From: Candidatus Latescibacterota bacterium
GTDB taxonomy: Bacteria > Latescibacterota > UBA2968 > UBA8231
DNA: 64,000 bases
NCBI GenBank assembly: GCA_965221775.1
Contig: CBDCSU010000005.1
Span: 1,344,001-1,408,000 of the forward strand
Reading direction: 5' to 3'
Position numbers and translations under genes: made by a program. How positions within the stretch are numbered: the first letter of the stretch is position 1; each line of letters opens with the position of its first letter. The notes under the pieces were generated by a model. It was not told the DNA's origin and did not search any database. It saw only the letters and a list, made by a program, of their open reading frames with translations. Positions 1 through 10,176 of this stretch are shown piece after piece.

Positions 1-597
1 GGCCTCGGCCAGGGCCACGATGTGCTCGATGTCCGTCGCTGCGTCGCCGGCGAGCCGGATGGTGAACAGTAGACACGAGTACGGGGTGTACACCTGCCCG
101 GCGTGCTTCATGGTGCCGGGCAGCAGGGAGATGATCTCGTCTTCCAGGGTGCTGTAGCCCGTCCCGTAGTCGTCCCGGTCGTAGCCGGTCCGGGGCTGTT
201 CCTCACAGATCTTCAGGCCGCGCCAAGTCTCCGCGTCAGCCGGGCAGCCGTCCGGTGCTGGAGTGTCGACGCGCTTCGGGACGTATCCGCCGGGATTGGG
301 GTTGGTCTCACAGGCGTCGCCATCGCCATCGCCGTCGCTGGCTCCTCTGCGTTGAAGCCATTCGTACGTGATGGCGGTTCCGTTGCGATCGTCCCGGTGG
401 GCGGGCAGCTTGAGACCGGTGGAACCCCCACTACGGTAAGCCTCGGAGCAGGTCAGGTCCCCGTTGCCATTGGTGTCCCAGTACTCGAAATCGTCCTTGG
501 TCTGCGCTGACAGCGTGGCTGCCGAGAGCAGCATCGCCACAAGCGGTCCCGGGGTCTGGGACCAGCCCCGGAATCCATCGATCGGCCGATCTTGCAT
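1..597 (-). CDS. Secreted Excalibur-like Ca-binding + HNH (DUF1524-like) nuclease, truncated by the left edge
   Basis: Not in the ORF track; translated by hand from ATG at 597: hydrophobic LVAMLLSAATLSA, DTNGNGDLTCSEA...DGDGDGDACE (Excalibur-like), then GYDRDDY...YTPY...TDIEHIVALAEA (HNH/DUF1524-like). Frame is open to position 1. Confidence 0.7.
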   Translation of the reverse strand, partial: MQDRPIDGFRGWSQTPGPLVAMLLSAATLSAQTKDDFEYWDTNGNGDLTCSEAYRSGGSTGLKLPAHRDDRNGTAITYEWLQRRGASDGDGDGDACETNPNPGGYVPKRVDTPAPDGCPADAETWRGLKICEEQPRTGYDRDDYGTGYSTLEDEIISLLPGTMKHAGQVYTPYSCLLFTIRLAGDAATDIEHIVALAEA

Positions 598-646
598 ATG
601 TTTGCATAATCGGCCAATCCAATGGCGTGTCGCAAGAGTTTGCGGC

Positions 647-1882
647 TCAGCGCTCCAGCACCATCCCCTCGCGCTCGATGCGCTCGAACATCTCCCTGTA
701 CTCCGGCGAGCCGTCGTCGTCCCAGTAGTCGGTCTCGATGGGGGCGTCGTAGCTCATGGGGATCAGCCGCCGCCGGTCGGGGCGCACCATGAAGATCGAC
801 TCGGCGGGATCGGCGATGTTGTACATCCGCGCGCCGTTGGCGAAGCGCGAGCGGACGATCCACCTCGGCTGAGCCGGCAGCTCCAGCCGCTTCAACCGCT
901 CCAGGGCCTCCCGGTCCAGGGTGACGCCGAGGCCCGGCTTCTCCGGCACCCGCAGGAACCCGTTGACCGGCTGCGACCGCTCGTGGACCACGTCCTCGGC
1001 CCAGGTCTCGCAGTCGCTGAAGAAGTGGAAATTCGCCGTGGGGAAGGCGGCCATCATGTGGCAGGTCATGGCCCGGGTGATGTCGCCGCCCACGTTCTGC
1101 AGCATGAAGGGGATGCCGCCGGCGGCGAAGAGCCCGGCCCGGCGCGCGGCGTCGCCGATGCGGGAGTGGCCGAGCATGTAGGCGTCGGCGGCGCCCATGA
1201 GGACCTCGTAGGTCGCCCCCAGGGGACAGTGATGGAGGACCACCGGCAGGGGGCTGCGCTTGCGCAGCTCGATGTAGCCGGGCAGATCCTCGGCGGGCAG
1301 GGCGTCCTCGAAGCAGCCGGCGATCGGATAGCGGGCCAGCTTCGTCAGGAGGGCGAACATGTGGTCGTCGGTGCCGTGCATGGTGAAGTCGTAGTGGATG
1401 CGGAACCCCTTCGGCGCCACGGCCTGCATCGCCTCGGTCTGGTCGATGACGTTCTCGAAGGGTGACAGGTGGTACTTCAGCCACGTGTAGCCCTGCGCCG
1501 AGTACTCGCGCACGGCCTCGGCCATGCGGTCGGGATGGGTGGAGACGGTCCAGCTGCCCACCGGCACCCAGGAGCGGTACTTCTGGCCGAAGAGCTTGTA
1601 CACCGGCACGCCCGCGGCCTGCCCCATCAGGTCGTACATCGCCGTGCCCAGCCCCAGGGAGACCTCGTCGCCCAGGTGGTCGAAGGGGTTGGTGCCGATG
1701 TAGTGGTCCACCGTCTCCCGCGGCTCGGTGGAGCCGCTCTCCCCGAGGCCGGTGAGGCCGTCGTCGGTGTGGGCCACGTAGATGGTCCGCTGCGACGGGC
1801 CGTAGTAGTGGTTGAGCTGGTAGGCGATCCAGTCGACGTACGGCAGGGTGATGCGGTGGACCTCGATCTCCGTGACCTTCAT
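647..1882 (-). CDS. Mandelate racemase/muconate lactonizing enzyme (enolase superfamily) protein
   Basis: MKVTEIEVHRITLP...TDDGLTGLGE...AMYDLMGQAAGVPVYKLFG; LKYH, FEDAL, VPEKPGLGV. Start overlaps the upstream stop (ATGA). Confidence 0.85.
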   Translation of the reverse strand: MKVTEIEVHRITLPYVDWIAYQLNHYYGPSQRTIYVAHTDDGLTGLGESGSTEPRETVDHYIGTNPFDHLGDEVSLGLGTAMYDLMGQAAGVPVYKLFGQKYRSWVPVGSWTVSTHPDRMAEAVREYSAQGYTWLKYHLSPFENVIDQTEAMQAVAPKGFRIHYDFTMHGTDDHMFALLTKLARYPIAGCFEDALPAEDLPGYIELRKRSPLPVVLHHCPLGATYEVLMGAADAYMLGHSRIGDAARRAGLFAAGGIPFMLQNVGGDITRAMTCHMMAAFPTANFHFFSDCETWAEDVVHERSQPVNGFLRVPEKPGLGVTLDREALERLKRLELPAQPRWIVRSRFANGARMYNIADPAESIFMVRPDRRRLIPMSYDAPIETDYWDDDGSPEYREMFERIEREGMVLER

Positions 1883-2883
1883 GAGTGTCCCCAGGTGAGC
1901 AGGACGCCGAGGGCCTGGTCGCGCTCGTCGCGCAGGAGCCGGTAGGCCTCGGCGGCCTCGGTGTACGGCAGGCGGTGGGTGGTCAGCCGGGCCACGTCCA
2001 GCTCTCCGCGCGCGATCATCTTCAGCACCTGGCGGCGGTTGTACTGCTGCGTCCAGGGCCAGGCCGGCGTCGCCGTGGTGGGGCACTTCGGCTGATGGCA
2101 GCCCACCAGGGTCAGCTCCTTCTGATGGAAGTCCATGAAGTCGACCTCGACCTTGCGGTGCCAGATCGACCCGAGGGCCATGATGCGGCCGCCGATGCGG
2201 GCCATGTCGAAGAGCACGGGCAGGATCTCGGGATAGCCCGAGGCCTCGATCGCGACATCCAGCCCCCGGTCCCCGGTGATGGCGGCGACGCGCGAGGGCA
2301 GATCCGCGTCCGCCTGGATGGTGTGGGTGGCCCCCGAGCGGGAGGCGATCGCCAGGCGGACGGCGCTGAGATCAACGGCGATGAGCAGCTCGCACCCCGA
2401 GCGCGCCGCCAGCTGCAGGGCGAGCTGGCCCACCAGGCCCATGCCGGTGACGGCGGCGAACTCCCCCAGCTCCAGGCGCGCCTTGCGGACCCCGTGCATG
2501 GAGACGCTCCCCAACACGCCGTAGGCGCCGTCGTCGAAGGAGACGCCCTCCGGCAGTCGTGCCAGCGACCGCGGCTCGGTGGAGACGGTGACGTGGCTCG
2601 CGTGGGCCCCCAGGGAGAGGACCCGGTCGCCGACGGTGTAGCCCTCGCAGCCGTCGCCGAGGGCGAGGACGCGGCCGGTGTTGGAGTAGCCGGGGATGTA
2701 GTCCCGCGTGCGGTCCTGCTCCTGGGTGCCGAGCTCGGTGCCGGCGCTGATGAGGGTGCGGACGGTCTCGACGAGCGCCTGGCCGGGGCCGGGGGGCGTG
2801 ATCTCGAAGGACTCGGTGCCGATCCGGCCGTCGGGGCGGACGACGACCCGGCGGCCGCTGGAGGGGATGGGGTTGTCTGGCAT
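1879..2883 (-). CDS. Zinc-binding alcohol dehydrogenase (MDR) family oxidoreductase
   Basis: LISAGTE, PGYS, VGDRV, GMGLVGQL Rossmann motif, DVAIEASG. Confidence 0.85.
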   Translation of the reverse strand: MPDNPIPSSGRRVVVRPDGRIGTESFEITPPGPGQALVETVRTLISAGTELGTQEQDRTRDYIPGYSNTGRVLALGDGCEGYTVGDRVLSLGAHASHVTVSTEPRSLARLPEGVSFDDGAYGVLGSVSMHGVRKARLELGEFAAVTGMGLVGQLALQLAARSGCELLIAVDLSAVRLAIASRSGATHTIQADADLPSRVAAITGDRGLDVAIEASGYPEILPVLFDMARIGGRIMALGSIWHRKVEVDFMDFHQKELTLVGCHQPKCPTTATPAWPWTQQYNRRQVLKMIARGELDVARLTTHRLPYTEAAEAYRLLRDERDQALGVLLTWGHS

Positions 2884-3402
2884 GGGTGCGGCTTGGGACG
2901 AGGGCACGCCGGCTGGTGGCGCCGGTCCGACGCTGGCCACTACCATAGGCCCCGCTCAACCCCCGCGCCAAGATGGAGGAAGGACGGATTCAACCGATGG
3001 TCTGGCGCCAGCGGATGCGCCCCCTTGAGCGCGCCCCCATGAGGGTCGCGATGGCAAGGCCCGCGGTCCGGCGGCTGATGGCGGCTCCCGCCGGCCGCCG
3101 AATGGGGAGCGCCTCCTGCCTACGGGGGCCGGCTCTGCCGGCGGCGACGGAGCCCGCCGCCAGGTGATGCGCGCCGCCTCGCTCCCGGCAGCCGCCGGCT
3201 GGACCGCGCCGCCCACAGGGCGTCCCGCGGGCGCTGCCCCGCTCTTCGCGCCCGTCCCGCAACCGGCGGCCCTTCGCACCGCGACGGCGCCCTCGGCAAG
3301 GCGTCGCCCACGCTGCGCCTGTTCCCTCTCGGCGTCCGCCCATCGGATGGCGGCTCCCTCCGGCCGCCGAATGGGGCGGCTCTCGCTCCTGACGGGCGCC
3401 GC

Positions 3403-5658
3403 ATGATGCGCCTCCCTTCGCTCCGGGCGCCAGGCCCGCAGGCCGCGGCCCCCCCGGCCCACCACCCGCGGAGCCCCGCCCTCGCTGGGAGGATCCTGCC
3501 GACGGCGCCCGGCCGACGGCGGCGGCCCTCCCTCCGGGCGGCCCTCTGGCTGCTGCCGGCGGCCGCCTTCGCCGCAGACCCCGAGCCCCCCGACTCAACG
3601 CAGTACACGGCGCCCGTGGTGGTGGTCACCGCCACCCGCGACACGGCCCCCCTGGACCGCCTGCCGCTGGCGGTCTCCACCGTCGGGCGGGATGACTTCG
3701 CGCCGGGTGAGAAGGCGATCTCCCTGAGCGAGGCCCTGCGCCAGGTGCCTGGGCTGTACGTGGCCGAGCGCAACAACCCGTCCCAGGGTCCGCGGCTGAT
3801 GGCGCGCGGCCTGGGGGCGAGGGCCGCCTTCGGGGTGCGCGGCGTCAAGGTCCTGCTCGACGGGGTGCCCCTGACCACCCCGGACGGCCAGACCCAGCTC
3901 GGCAACATCGACCTGGCCGCGGCCGGCCGCGTGGAGGTGCTGCGCGGGCCCAACTCGAGCCTGTACGGGAACGCCGGCGGCGGCGTGGTCTCCGTGCACA
4001 CAGAACACCCCGAGGCGGCGGGCCTGCGGGTGAAGCCGCGCCTGGTCGCCGGCAGCGACGGCCTGTGGCTGCGCCAGGCCACCCTCACCGGGGGCGGACG
4101 CCACTCCTGGCACCTGTCGGCGCGGCAGCTCGACCTCGACGGCTACCGCGACCACTCGGAGGCGCGGGTGCGCGGGCTGAACGCGGTGGTGCGCTCGCGC
4201 CTGCGCCCGTCGTGGGAGCTGGTGTGGGTGCTCAACCTCTACGACGCGCCGTACCTGCTCAACCCGAGTTCCCTGATCCGGGGCGACGCGCGCGACCGGC
4301 CGCGCTTCGCCCGCGGATTCATCGTCCGGCAGGGAGCCTCCAAGGAGGCGCGTCAGAGCCAGGGCGGGATCACCCTGCGCCACACCGGCGGCGGAGGGAG
4401 GACGGAGCTGACCCTCTACGGCATCGACCGCGGCCTGCTGAACCCGATCCCCGGGGCGGTGATCGACCTGGAGCGCCGCGCCGGCGGCCTGCGGGCGGTG
4501 CACGGGCGGCCGCTGCGCCTCGCCGGCCTGGCGGGCAGCTGGAAGGCGGGGGTCGACCTGGAGGCGCAGAGGGACGACCGCCGGGAGCACGAGAACGAGG
4601 GGCTCGCCGACGCCGACACGGAACCCGCCCGCGTGCCGGAGAGCGTGGCTCTCGGGAGGCTGCTGCAGGACCAGGAGGAGTCCGTGGGCAGCGCCGGGGC
4701 CTTCGCCGCCCTGGCCCTGCACCCGAAGCCCGGATGGACCTTGAGCCTCGGGGGGCGCTTCGACCGCTACGGCTTCGAGGCCGCCGACCGTCTGCTGGCC
4801 GACGGGGACGACTCCGGCACTCGGAGCCTCTCGCGCTTCAGCCCCGCCGCCGGCCTCGGCTGGCAGCTGACGCCGCGGACGCTGCTCTACGCCTCGTACG
4901 GGACCGCCTTCCAGACGCCGACCACGGTGGAGCTGGGCAACCGCCCCGACGGCGGCGGCGGCTTCAACCCCGACCTGGATCCCGAGAGCGTGGCCAGCCT
5001 CGAGGTCGGCCTGAGGGGGCACGACCGCACCGGCCGCCTGACCTGGGACGCGGCCCTCTACCGGCTCGCCGTGGACGGCATGCTGATCCCCTTCCAGGTG
5101 GACGATCCCGCGAGCGAGGCCGTCTACTACCGCAACGCCGGCCGCACCACCAGCCAGGGGCTGGAGGCCGCCCTCGGCGCCCGCCGCGGCGCCTGGCGCG
5201 CCGACCTCTCCTACACCTTCATGGACTTCCGCTTCGACGACTACGTGGTCGGCTCCGGCGACGAAGCCGTGCAGCTCTCCGGCAACCGGGTCCCCGGCCT
5301 GCCGCCTCACCGGCTGCTGCTCGACGCCGGCGGCGACCTGCCCCTCGGACTGCGCGCCGAGATCGAGACCGAGTGGGTGGCCGGGTACTGGGCCAACGAC
5401 CACAACGGACCGCCGCCCGGCAGCGCCGCCGCCCCCACCGACTTCCACAACGACACCTACGCCGTCACCGGCCTGCGCCTCACCGCCCCCCTCTCCCTCG
5501 GCTTGGGGCGCGTGCGCCTCTTCACCGGCATCGACAACCTCCTCGACGCCGCGTACAACGGCTCCATCACACCCAACGCCTTCGGCGCCCGCTTCTTCGA
5601 GCCCGCCCCCGGACGCACCTGGTACGCCGGCCTCGAGGCGGACCTCGGACGCCCCTGA
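3403..5658 (+). CDS. TonB-dependent receptor (true start may be downstream)
   Basis: VVVVTATR TonB-box region, plug motifs LRQVPGLYV, LLDGVPL, RVEVLRGPNSSLYG, C-terminal APGRTWYAGLE. Confidence 0.9.
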   Translation: MMRLPSLRAPGPQAAAPPAHHPRSPALAGRILPTAPGRRRRPSLRAALWLLPAAAFAADPEPPDSTQYTAPVVVVTATRDTAPLDRLPLAVSTVGRDDFAPGEKAISLSEALRQVPGLYVAERNNPSQGPRLMARGLGARAAFGVRGVKVLLDGVPLTTPDGQTQLGNIDLAAAGRVEVLRGPNSSLYGNAGGGVVSVHTEHPEAAGLRVKPRLVAGSDGLWLRQATLTGGGRHSWHLSARQLDLDGYRDHSEARVRGLNAVVRSRLRPSWELVWVLNLYDAPYLLNPSSLIRGDARDRPRFARGFIVRQGASKEARQSQGGITLRHTGGGGRTELTLYGIDRGLLNPIPGAVIDLERRAGGLRAVHGRPLRLAGLAGSWKAGVDLEAQRDDRREHENEGLADADTEPARVPESVALGRLLQDQEESVGSAGAFAALALHPKPGWTLSLGGRFDRYGFEAADRLLADGDDSGTRSLSRFSPAAGLGWQLTPRTLLYASYGTAFQTPTTVELGNRPDGGGGFNPDLDPESVASLEVGLRGHDRTGRLTWDAALYRLAVDGMLIPFQVDDPASEAVYYRNAGRTTSQGLEAALGARRGAWRADLSYTFMDFRFDDYVVGSGDEAVQLSGNRVPGLPPHRLLLDAGGDLPLGLRAEIETEWVAGYWANDHNGPPPGSAAAPTDFHNDTYAVTGLRLTAPLSLGLGRVRLFTGIDNLLDAAYNGSITPNAFGARFFEPAPGRTWYAGLEADLGRP

Positions 5659-5671
5659 AAGGAGATCCGCC

Positions 5672-7267
5672 TTGTTGATCGGATACGTCAGCGACGAGCG
5701 CTACGTCGCCGTCCCCGATGTCCTCTTCGAGTTCGAAGACGAGAGCGGCCGCGTCGTCGAGGCGCGGTCGAGCATCACCGGCGCCGTGCGCGCCGACCTG
5801 GAGCCGGGGCGCTGGCACGTCGCCCTCGGGCGAGACGGCTACGGCGCCAAGCGCACCACCCTGGAGCTGCCGCTGGCCGAGCCCCACCACTTCCGCCTGC
5901 TGCGCGACCAGCTGATCGGCTACATGTGGCCCAAGTGGGTCCGCTCCGGGGAGAAGTCCGAGTTCCGGGTCCACTCCGACGAGGCCTACAAGCTGGAGCT
6001 GTGGCGCTACGGCTGGGAGAAGGAACTGGTGCGGACCATCGGCTGGTACGACGAGCACGGCCCGCGGGCGACGGTGCAGATCACCCCCGACGGCGACTAC
6101 ACCCAGACGGGGGTGCAGTTCAACCACCGGGGATACGCCCGCAGCGCCCACAAGCAGTACCTCACCGCCCCGGAGCGCTCCGGCCTCTACTACCTGCACG
6201 CCAAGGGCGAGTCGGGGGCGTTCTTCTCCTTCCCCTGGCTGGTGGCGCCGGAGCGTCCGCGGGCCCCGCTGGCGGTCCTGGCGGCCAACATCAACTGGAA
6301 CTGCTACAACAACTTCGGCGGCCGCTCCAACTACATCCACGCCGACGGCTTCACGCCCTCGCCGGCGATGAACGCGCGCCTGGAGCTGGCGCGCTACACC
6401 GACCCCGACCACGCCCTCTTCGCCGCCGACCACTACCCGCCCCTCTCCTTCGACCGCCCCGAGCCGATCAACCACATCGACGAGGACGAGCGCATCACCG
6501 ACCCCATCGAGGGGCGCAGCAACTGCCACGTGGCCCCGGCGGAGTGGCGGTTCTTCGGCTGGCTCGACCGCGAGGGCTGCGACTACGACCTCTACGCCGA
6601 GACCCAGCTCCACGACGGCACCCTCGACCTGGGCCAGTACCGGGCCCTGGCGGTCAGCGCCCACCCCGAGTACTGGTCGGCGAAGATGTACTTCGCGCTG
6701 AAGGAGTGGGTCTTCGAGGGCGGCGGGAAGCTCCTCTACCTCGGCGGCAACGGCCTCAACTGCGAGGTCGAGTTCCTCGACGACACGACGATCACCGTCC
6801 ACAACGGACCCTACGGGGGCGGCTTCTTCCACCTGCAGAAGATCGGCTACGAGAGCCGCTTCCATCTGCGCCACGAGTCGGAGGCCAACCTCCTCGGCGT
6901 GACCTGCTCGGAGACCGGGATCATGACCGGCGCCCCGTACCGCGTCATCGAGCCCGAGCACTGGATCTTCGAGAACACCGGCCTGCGGCAGGGCGACCTC
7001 TTCGGCCAGGAGTGCCTGCACATGCGCTGCCCCGGCGGCGCCTCCGGCCACGAGACCGACAAGGTCTCGGCCAGCTCGCCGGCCAACGCCAAGCCGCTGG
7101 CCAAGGGCCTCAACCCCGACGACGGCGGCGCCGAGATCGTCTGCTTCGACACCCCCTCCGGCGGGCACGTGTTCTCGGTGGGCTCGATCTCGTGGCCAGC
7201 GTCGCTGCCCGTGGACGAGCAGGTCTCGCGCATCACCCGCAACGTGCTGCAGCGGTTCCTGGCCTGA
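5672..7267 (+). CDS. N,N-dimethylformamidase large-subunit-like protein
   Basis: NWNCYNNFGGRSNY, LSFDRP, HPEYWS, LLYLGGNGL, GASGHETDK, VFSVGSI. AAGGAG RBS before the TTG start. Confidence 0.75.
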   Translation: MLIGYVSDERYVAVPDVLFEFEDESGRVVEARSSITGAVRADLEPGRWHVALGRDGYGAKRTTLELPLAEPHHFRLLRDQLIGYMWPKWVRSGEKSEFRVHSDEAYKLELWRYGWEKELVRTIGWYDEHGPRATVQITPDGDYTQTGVQFNHRGYARSAHKQYLTAPERSGLYYLHAKGESGAFFSFPWLVAPERPRAPLAVLAANINWNCYNNFGGRSNYIHADGFTPSPAMNARLELARYTDPDHALFAADHYPPLSFDRPEPINHIDEDERITDPIEGRSNCHVAPAEWRFFGWLDREGCDYDLYAETQLHDGTLDLGQYRALAVSAHPEYWSAKMYFALKEWVFEGGGKLLYLGGNGLNCEVEFLDDTTITVHNGPYGGGFFHLQKIGYESRFHLRHESEANLLGVTCSETGIMTGAPYRVIEPEHWIFENTGLRQGDLFGQECLHMRCPGGASGHETDKVSASSPANAKPLAKGLNPDDGGAEIVCFDTPSGGHVFSVGSISWPASLPVDEQVSRITRNVLQRFLA

Positions 7268-7308
7268 CCCGCGGCGACCGGACCCCTCCCGGGGCGCCGC
7301 GGGTTTTT
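7268..7308 (+). terminator. Rho-independent terminator
   Basis: Stem CCCGCGGCG...CGCCGCGGG followed by TTTTT directly after the stop codon. Confidence 0.65.
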
Positions 7309-7320
7309 CCTCCCGGCGAC

Positions 7321-7346
7321 TAAACCTCCGGCCCCCGGGGGCCGTC
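7321..7346 (+). promoter_or_regulatory. Putative ECF-sigma autoregulatory promoter
   Basis: TAAAC-N17-CGTC, matching the AAC...CGT ECF pattern, about 20 bp upstream of the ECF gene. Confidence 0.5.
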
Positions 7347-7366
7347 CAACTGTCAATAGGTCGCCG

Positions 7367-7945
7367 ATGCCAGCCGCACTCGCCCTCGAGGCGAGCCTCC
7401 CGAAGAGGGGCCCCTTGCCCGCCGATCCCCAGCAAGCCGAGCGCGAGACCATCGCCGCCTGCCGGCGGGGCGACCTGGGCGCCTACGAACGGGTCTTCCG
7501 CGACCACTGGCGGCGGCTGCTGAGCGTGGCCCTGCGCATGCTCGGCGACCAGGCCGACGCCGAGGACGCCGTGCAGACCGCCTTCGTCCGCCTGCACCGG
7601 AACATCGGCCGCTTCCGCGGCGAGGCCGGTATCGGCAGCTATCTCATGCGCATCCTTATCAACGTCTGCCACGACACGCTGAGGGCGCGGCAGCGACGGC
7701 TCGACCTCAGGCCACCCGAGCCCCCGCCGGGCCCGGGGCCGGAGCTGCGGCTGCAGTTGCAGGAGGCCATCCTCTCCCTGCCGGAGCGCATGCGCGCCTG
7801 CTTCGTCCTCTACGCCGTGGAGGGCTTCCCCCAGAAGGAGATCGCCGAGATGCTCGAGATCCGCGAGGGCACCGTGAAGGCCCAGGTCTTCCAGGCGAAG
7901 GAGCGCCTGCGCGCCATCCTGACCGACGAGGAGGATTCGCCGTGA
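7367..7945 (+). CDS. ECF RNA polymerase sigma factor
   Basis: DAEDAVQTAF (region 2), YLMRILINVCHD, LPERMRACFVL...EIAEMLEIREGTVKAQVFQAK (region 4). Confidence 0.92.
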   Translation: MPAALALEASLPKRGPLPADPQQAERETIAACRRGDLGAYERVFRDHWRRLLSVALRMLGDQADAEDAVQTAFVRLHRNIGRFRGEAGIGSYLMRILINVCHDTLRARQRRLDLRPPEPPPGPGPELRLQLQEAILSLPERMRACFVLYAVEGFPQKEIAEMLEIREGTVKAQVFQAKERLRAILTDEEDSP

Positions 7946-8544
7946 GCTGCGACCGCTACCAGGAACGCGAGACAGGACGCCTGGACGAGGCCGCCTTCCA
8001 GGCCCACCTGAAGGACTGCCCCGACTGCCGGGAGCAGCTGCGAGAAGACGAGATCATCACCGAGCTGGCCGCCACCCTCACGGAGATCACCGAACCCCCC
8101 TTCCTGTGGGAGCGCGTCGAGGGCGCCCTGCGCGCCGAGCAGCGTCGCGCCCGGCGGCGGACCTGGGTCTACCGCGCCGCGGCGGTCCTCGTGGTGGGGC
8201 TGGGGCTGGGCGCGCTCGTGCAGCAGCAGCAGCGATGGAGCGCGCCGGAGCCGGCCACCGGCCTCTACACCGCCGAGGCCCTGGAGAAGGTCCGCGACCG
8301 CGAGCGCGAGTACGCCGCCGCCATCGAGGAGCTGGAGCAGATCGCCGGCGAGCGCATGGAGCGCATGGACCCGGAGCTGGCCCTGCTCTACCGCGACAAG
8401 ATCGCCACCATCGACACCCAGATCGACCGCTGCCTGCGGGCCCTGCACGGCAACCCGGCCAACACCCACATCCGCCGCTACCTGCTGCTGGCCCTGCGGG
8501 ACAAGAGAGAGACCCTCGAGGAGATCGTGCAGCTCCAGCTGTAG
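7942..8544 (+). CDS. Putative zinc-finger anti-sigma factor with single TM
   Basis: HLKDCPDC (HxxxCxxC ZAS motif), one TM helix, coupled to the sigma gene by GTGA overlap. Confidence 0.75.
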   Translation: MSCDRYQERETGRLDEAAFQAHLKDCPDCREQLREDEIITELAATLTEITEPPFLWERVEGALRAEQRRARRRTWVYRAAAVLVVGLGLGALVQQQQRWSAPEPATGLYTAEALEKVRDREREYAAAIEELEQIAGERMERMDPELALLYRDKIATIDTQIDRCLRALHGNPANTHIRRYLLLALRDKRETLEEIVQLQL

Positions 8545-8557
8545 AGAGAGGAAACCG

Positions 8558-10165
8558 ATGACCTTGCCAAGAGCGTTCCTGCCCCTGCTCCTGCCCCTGC
8601 TGGCCGCGCCCTTTCCCGCGCGGGCCGGCTCCCTCGACCTGGCGGTGGGCGGCGTCGGCCTCAGCCTGGGCAACTCCAGCCGCATCACCGGGGTGCGCGT
8701 CAACCTCGTCGACGAGGACGTGCGGCGCGTCACCGGCCTCAACCTGACCCTGTGGAAGGCGCGCCGGAATCCGGACGCCGTGATCCAGGGCGCCGCCCTC
8801 GGCCTCGTGGGGCCGTACGCGCGGCGTCTCGACGGCATCGCCCTCGGCGGCCTGTTCGCCATCACCGAGCAGGACCTCAGCGGTATCGCCGTGGGCGGCA
8901 TCGGCGTCGACGCCGGCCGCGACATCCAGGGGATCGGCGTCGGCCTCGGGGGCGTGGTCGCCGTCCGCCACCTGAATGGGATCGCCCTGGCCGGGGCCCG
9001 CGCCGGGGCCCGGGGCGACGTTCACGGAGCGGCGGTCACCGCGGGTCTGGCCTCGGCCGGGGGCCAGGCCCGGGGGATCCTTGCCGGGGGGCTGATCGCC
9101 CGGGCCCGGGGGGACGCCGGCGGCGCCCTGCTCTCCGCGGGCGGGGCCTGGACGGGGGGCGACGGTGACGGCCTGATCCTCGGGGGGCTCGGCGCCGGCG
9201 TCGGCGGCGACCTGCGGGGCATCCTCGCCGGAGGGCTGGGCGCAGGCGCGGGGCACGACGTCAGCGGGATCGTCGTCGGCGGCTTCGGCGCCGGAGCCGG
9301 GCACGACCTGGAGGCCGGCGCCGTCATCGGCCTCGTGGGCGCGGGCGCCGGCCACGACGGGCGCGGCCTCATCCTCGGCGGAATCGGCGCAGGCGTCGGC
9401 CACGACCTGCACGGGATCGCCGCCGGGGGGCTGGGCGCCGGCGCCGGGCACGATCTCGCGGGGGTGGCGGCAGGCGGACTCGGCGCGGGGGTCGGACACG
9501 ACCTGCAGGCCGGCGCCGTGATCGGTCTGGTCGGCGCCGGCGTCGGCCGCAACGCCCATGGCATCGTCCTCGGCGGCGCCGGCGCCAGCGTCGGCGGCGA
9601 CCTGACGGGAATCGTCGGCGGCGGTCTGGGCGCCGGGGCGGGTCACGACGCCCGCGGCCTGGTCTTCGGCGGCCTGGGCGCCGGCGTGGGCCACGACCTC
9701 ACCGGGATCCTCGCCGGGGGCCTCGGCGCGGGCGTGGGCAACGACCTGCGCGGCGCCGCCTGCTCCGTTGGCGTCGTCGGCGCGGGGCATGACCTGACCG
9801 GTCTCGCCGTCGGCGGGGTCGGCGTCGGCGCCGGCGGCTCGGGCCGGGGGATCCTGGTCAGCCTCGTCGGGGTCGGCGCCGGCGAGGGACTGAGCGGAAT
9901 CATCGCCGGCGGGGTCACCGCCTTCGCCCCGAGTATGCGCGGGCTCTCCGTGAGCGCGGCCAACGGCATCGCCGTGGGCGGCCGCCATCTGCCCGGCGGC
10001 TCGGGCCGCTGGTTCGAGCCCGTGAACGAGCGCTTCACCGGCCTCTCCGTGGGGCTGGTCAACTACAGCCGCGATCTGAAGGGGGTGCAGCTCGGCGTGC
10101 TCAACTACGCCGGCAACAACCCCCGCTGGGCGCGCCTGCTGCCTCTCGTCAACGCGCACCTGTAG
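8558..10165 (+). CDS. Secreted Gly-rich ~15-aa repeat protein (LA_2272-like surface repeat)
   Basis: Signal peptide; about 20 repeats like GGLGAGAGHDLxGI; C-terminal GLSVGLVNY..LKGVQLGVLNY...LLPLVNAHL. Confidence 0.7.
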   Translation: MTLPRAFLPLLLPLLAAPFPARAGSLDLAVGGVGLSLGNSSRITGVRVNLVDEDVRRVTGLNLTLWKARRNPDAVIQGAALGLVGPYARRLDGIALGGLFAITEQDLSGIAVGGIGVDAGRDIQGIGVGLGGVVAVRHLNGIALAGARAGARGDVHGAAVTAGLASAGGQARGILAGGLIARARGDAGGALLSAGGAWTGGDGDGLILGGLGAGVGGDLRGILAGGLGAGAGHDVSGIVVGGFGAGAGHDLEAGAVIGLVGAGAGHDGRGLILGGIGAGVGHDLHGIAAGGLGAGAGHDLAGVAAGGLGAGVGHDLQAGAVIGLVGAGVGRNAHGIVLGGAGASVGGDLTGIVGGGLGAGAGHDARGLVFGGLGAGVGHDLTGILAGGLGAGVGNDLRGAACSVGVVGAGHDLTGLAVGGVGVGAGGSGRGILVSLVGVGAGEGLSGIIAGGVTAFAPSMRGLSVSAANGIAVGGRHLPGGSGRWFEPVNERFTGLSVGLVNYSRDLKGVQLGVLNYAGNNPRWARLLPLVNAHL

Positions 10166-10176
10166 AGGAGGACCCC

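Noticed and set aside
1-597. HNH/DUF1524-like gene as the missing sspE
   Set aside because: It is about 25 kb from the island, appears secreted and has no DUF262 N-terminal domain.
2950-3400. Cobalamin or TPP riboswitch before the TonB receptor
   Set aside because: No recognisable conserved riboswitch motifs by eye.
9000-9900. CRISPR-like periodic repeats
   Set aside because: They are degenerate in-frame coding repeats of the Gly-rich protein, with no unique spacers and no cas genes.
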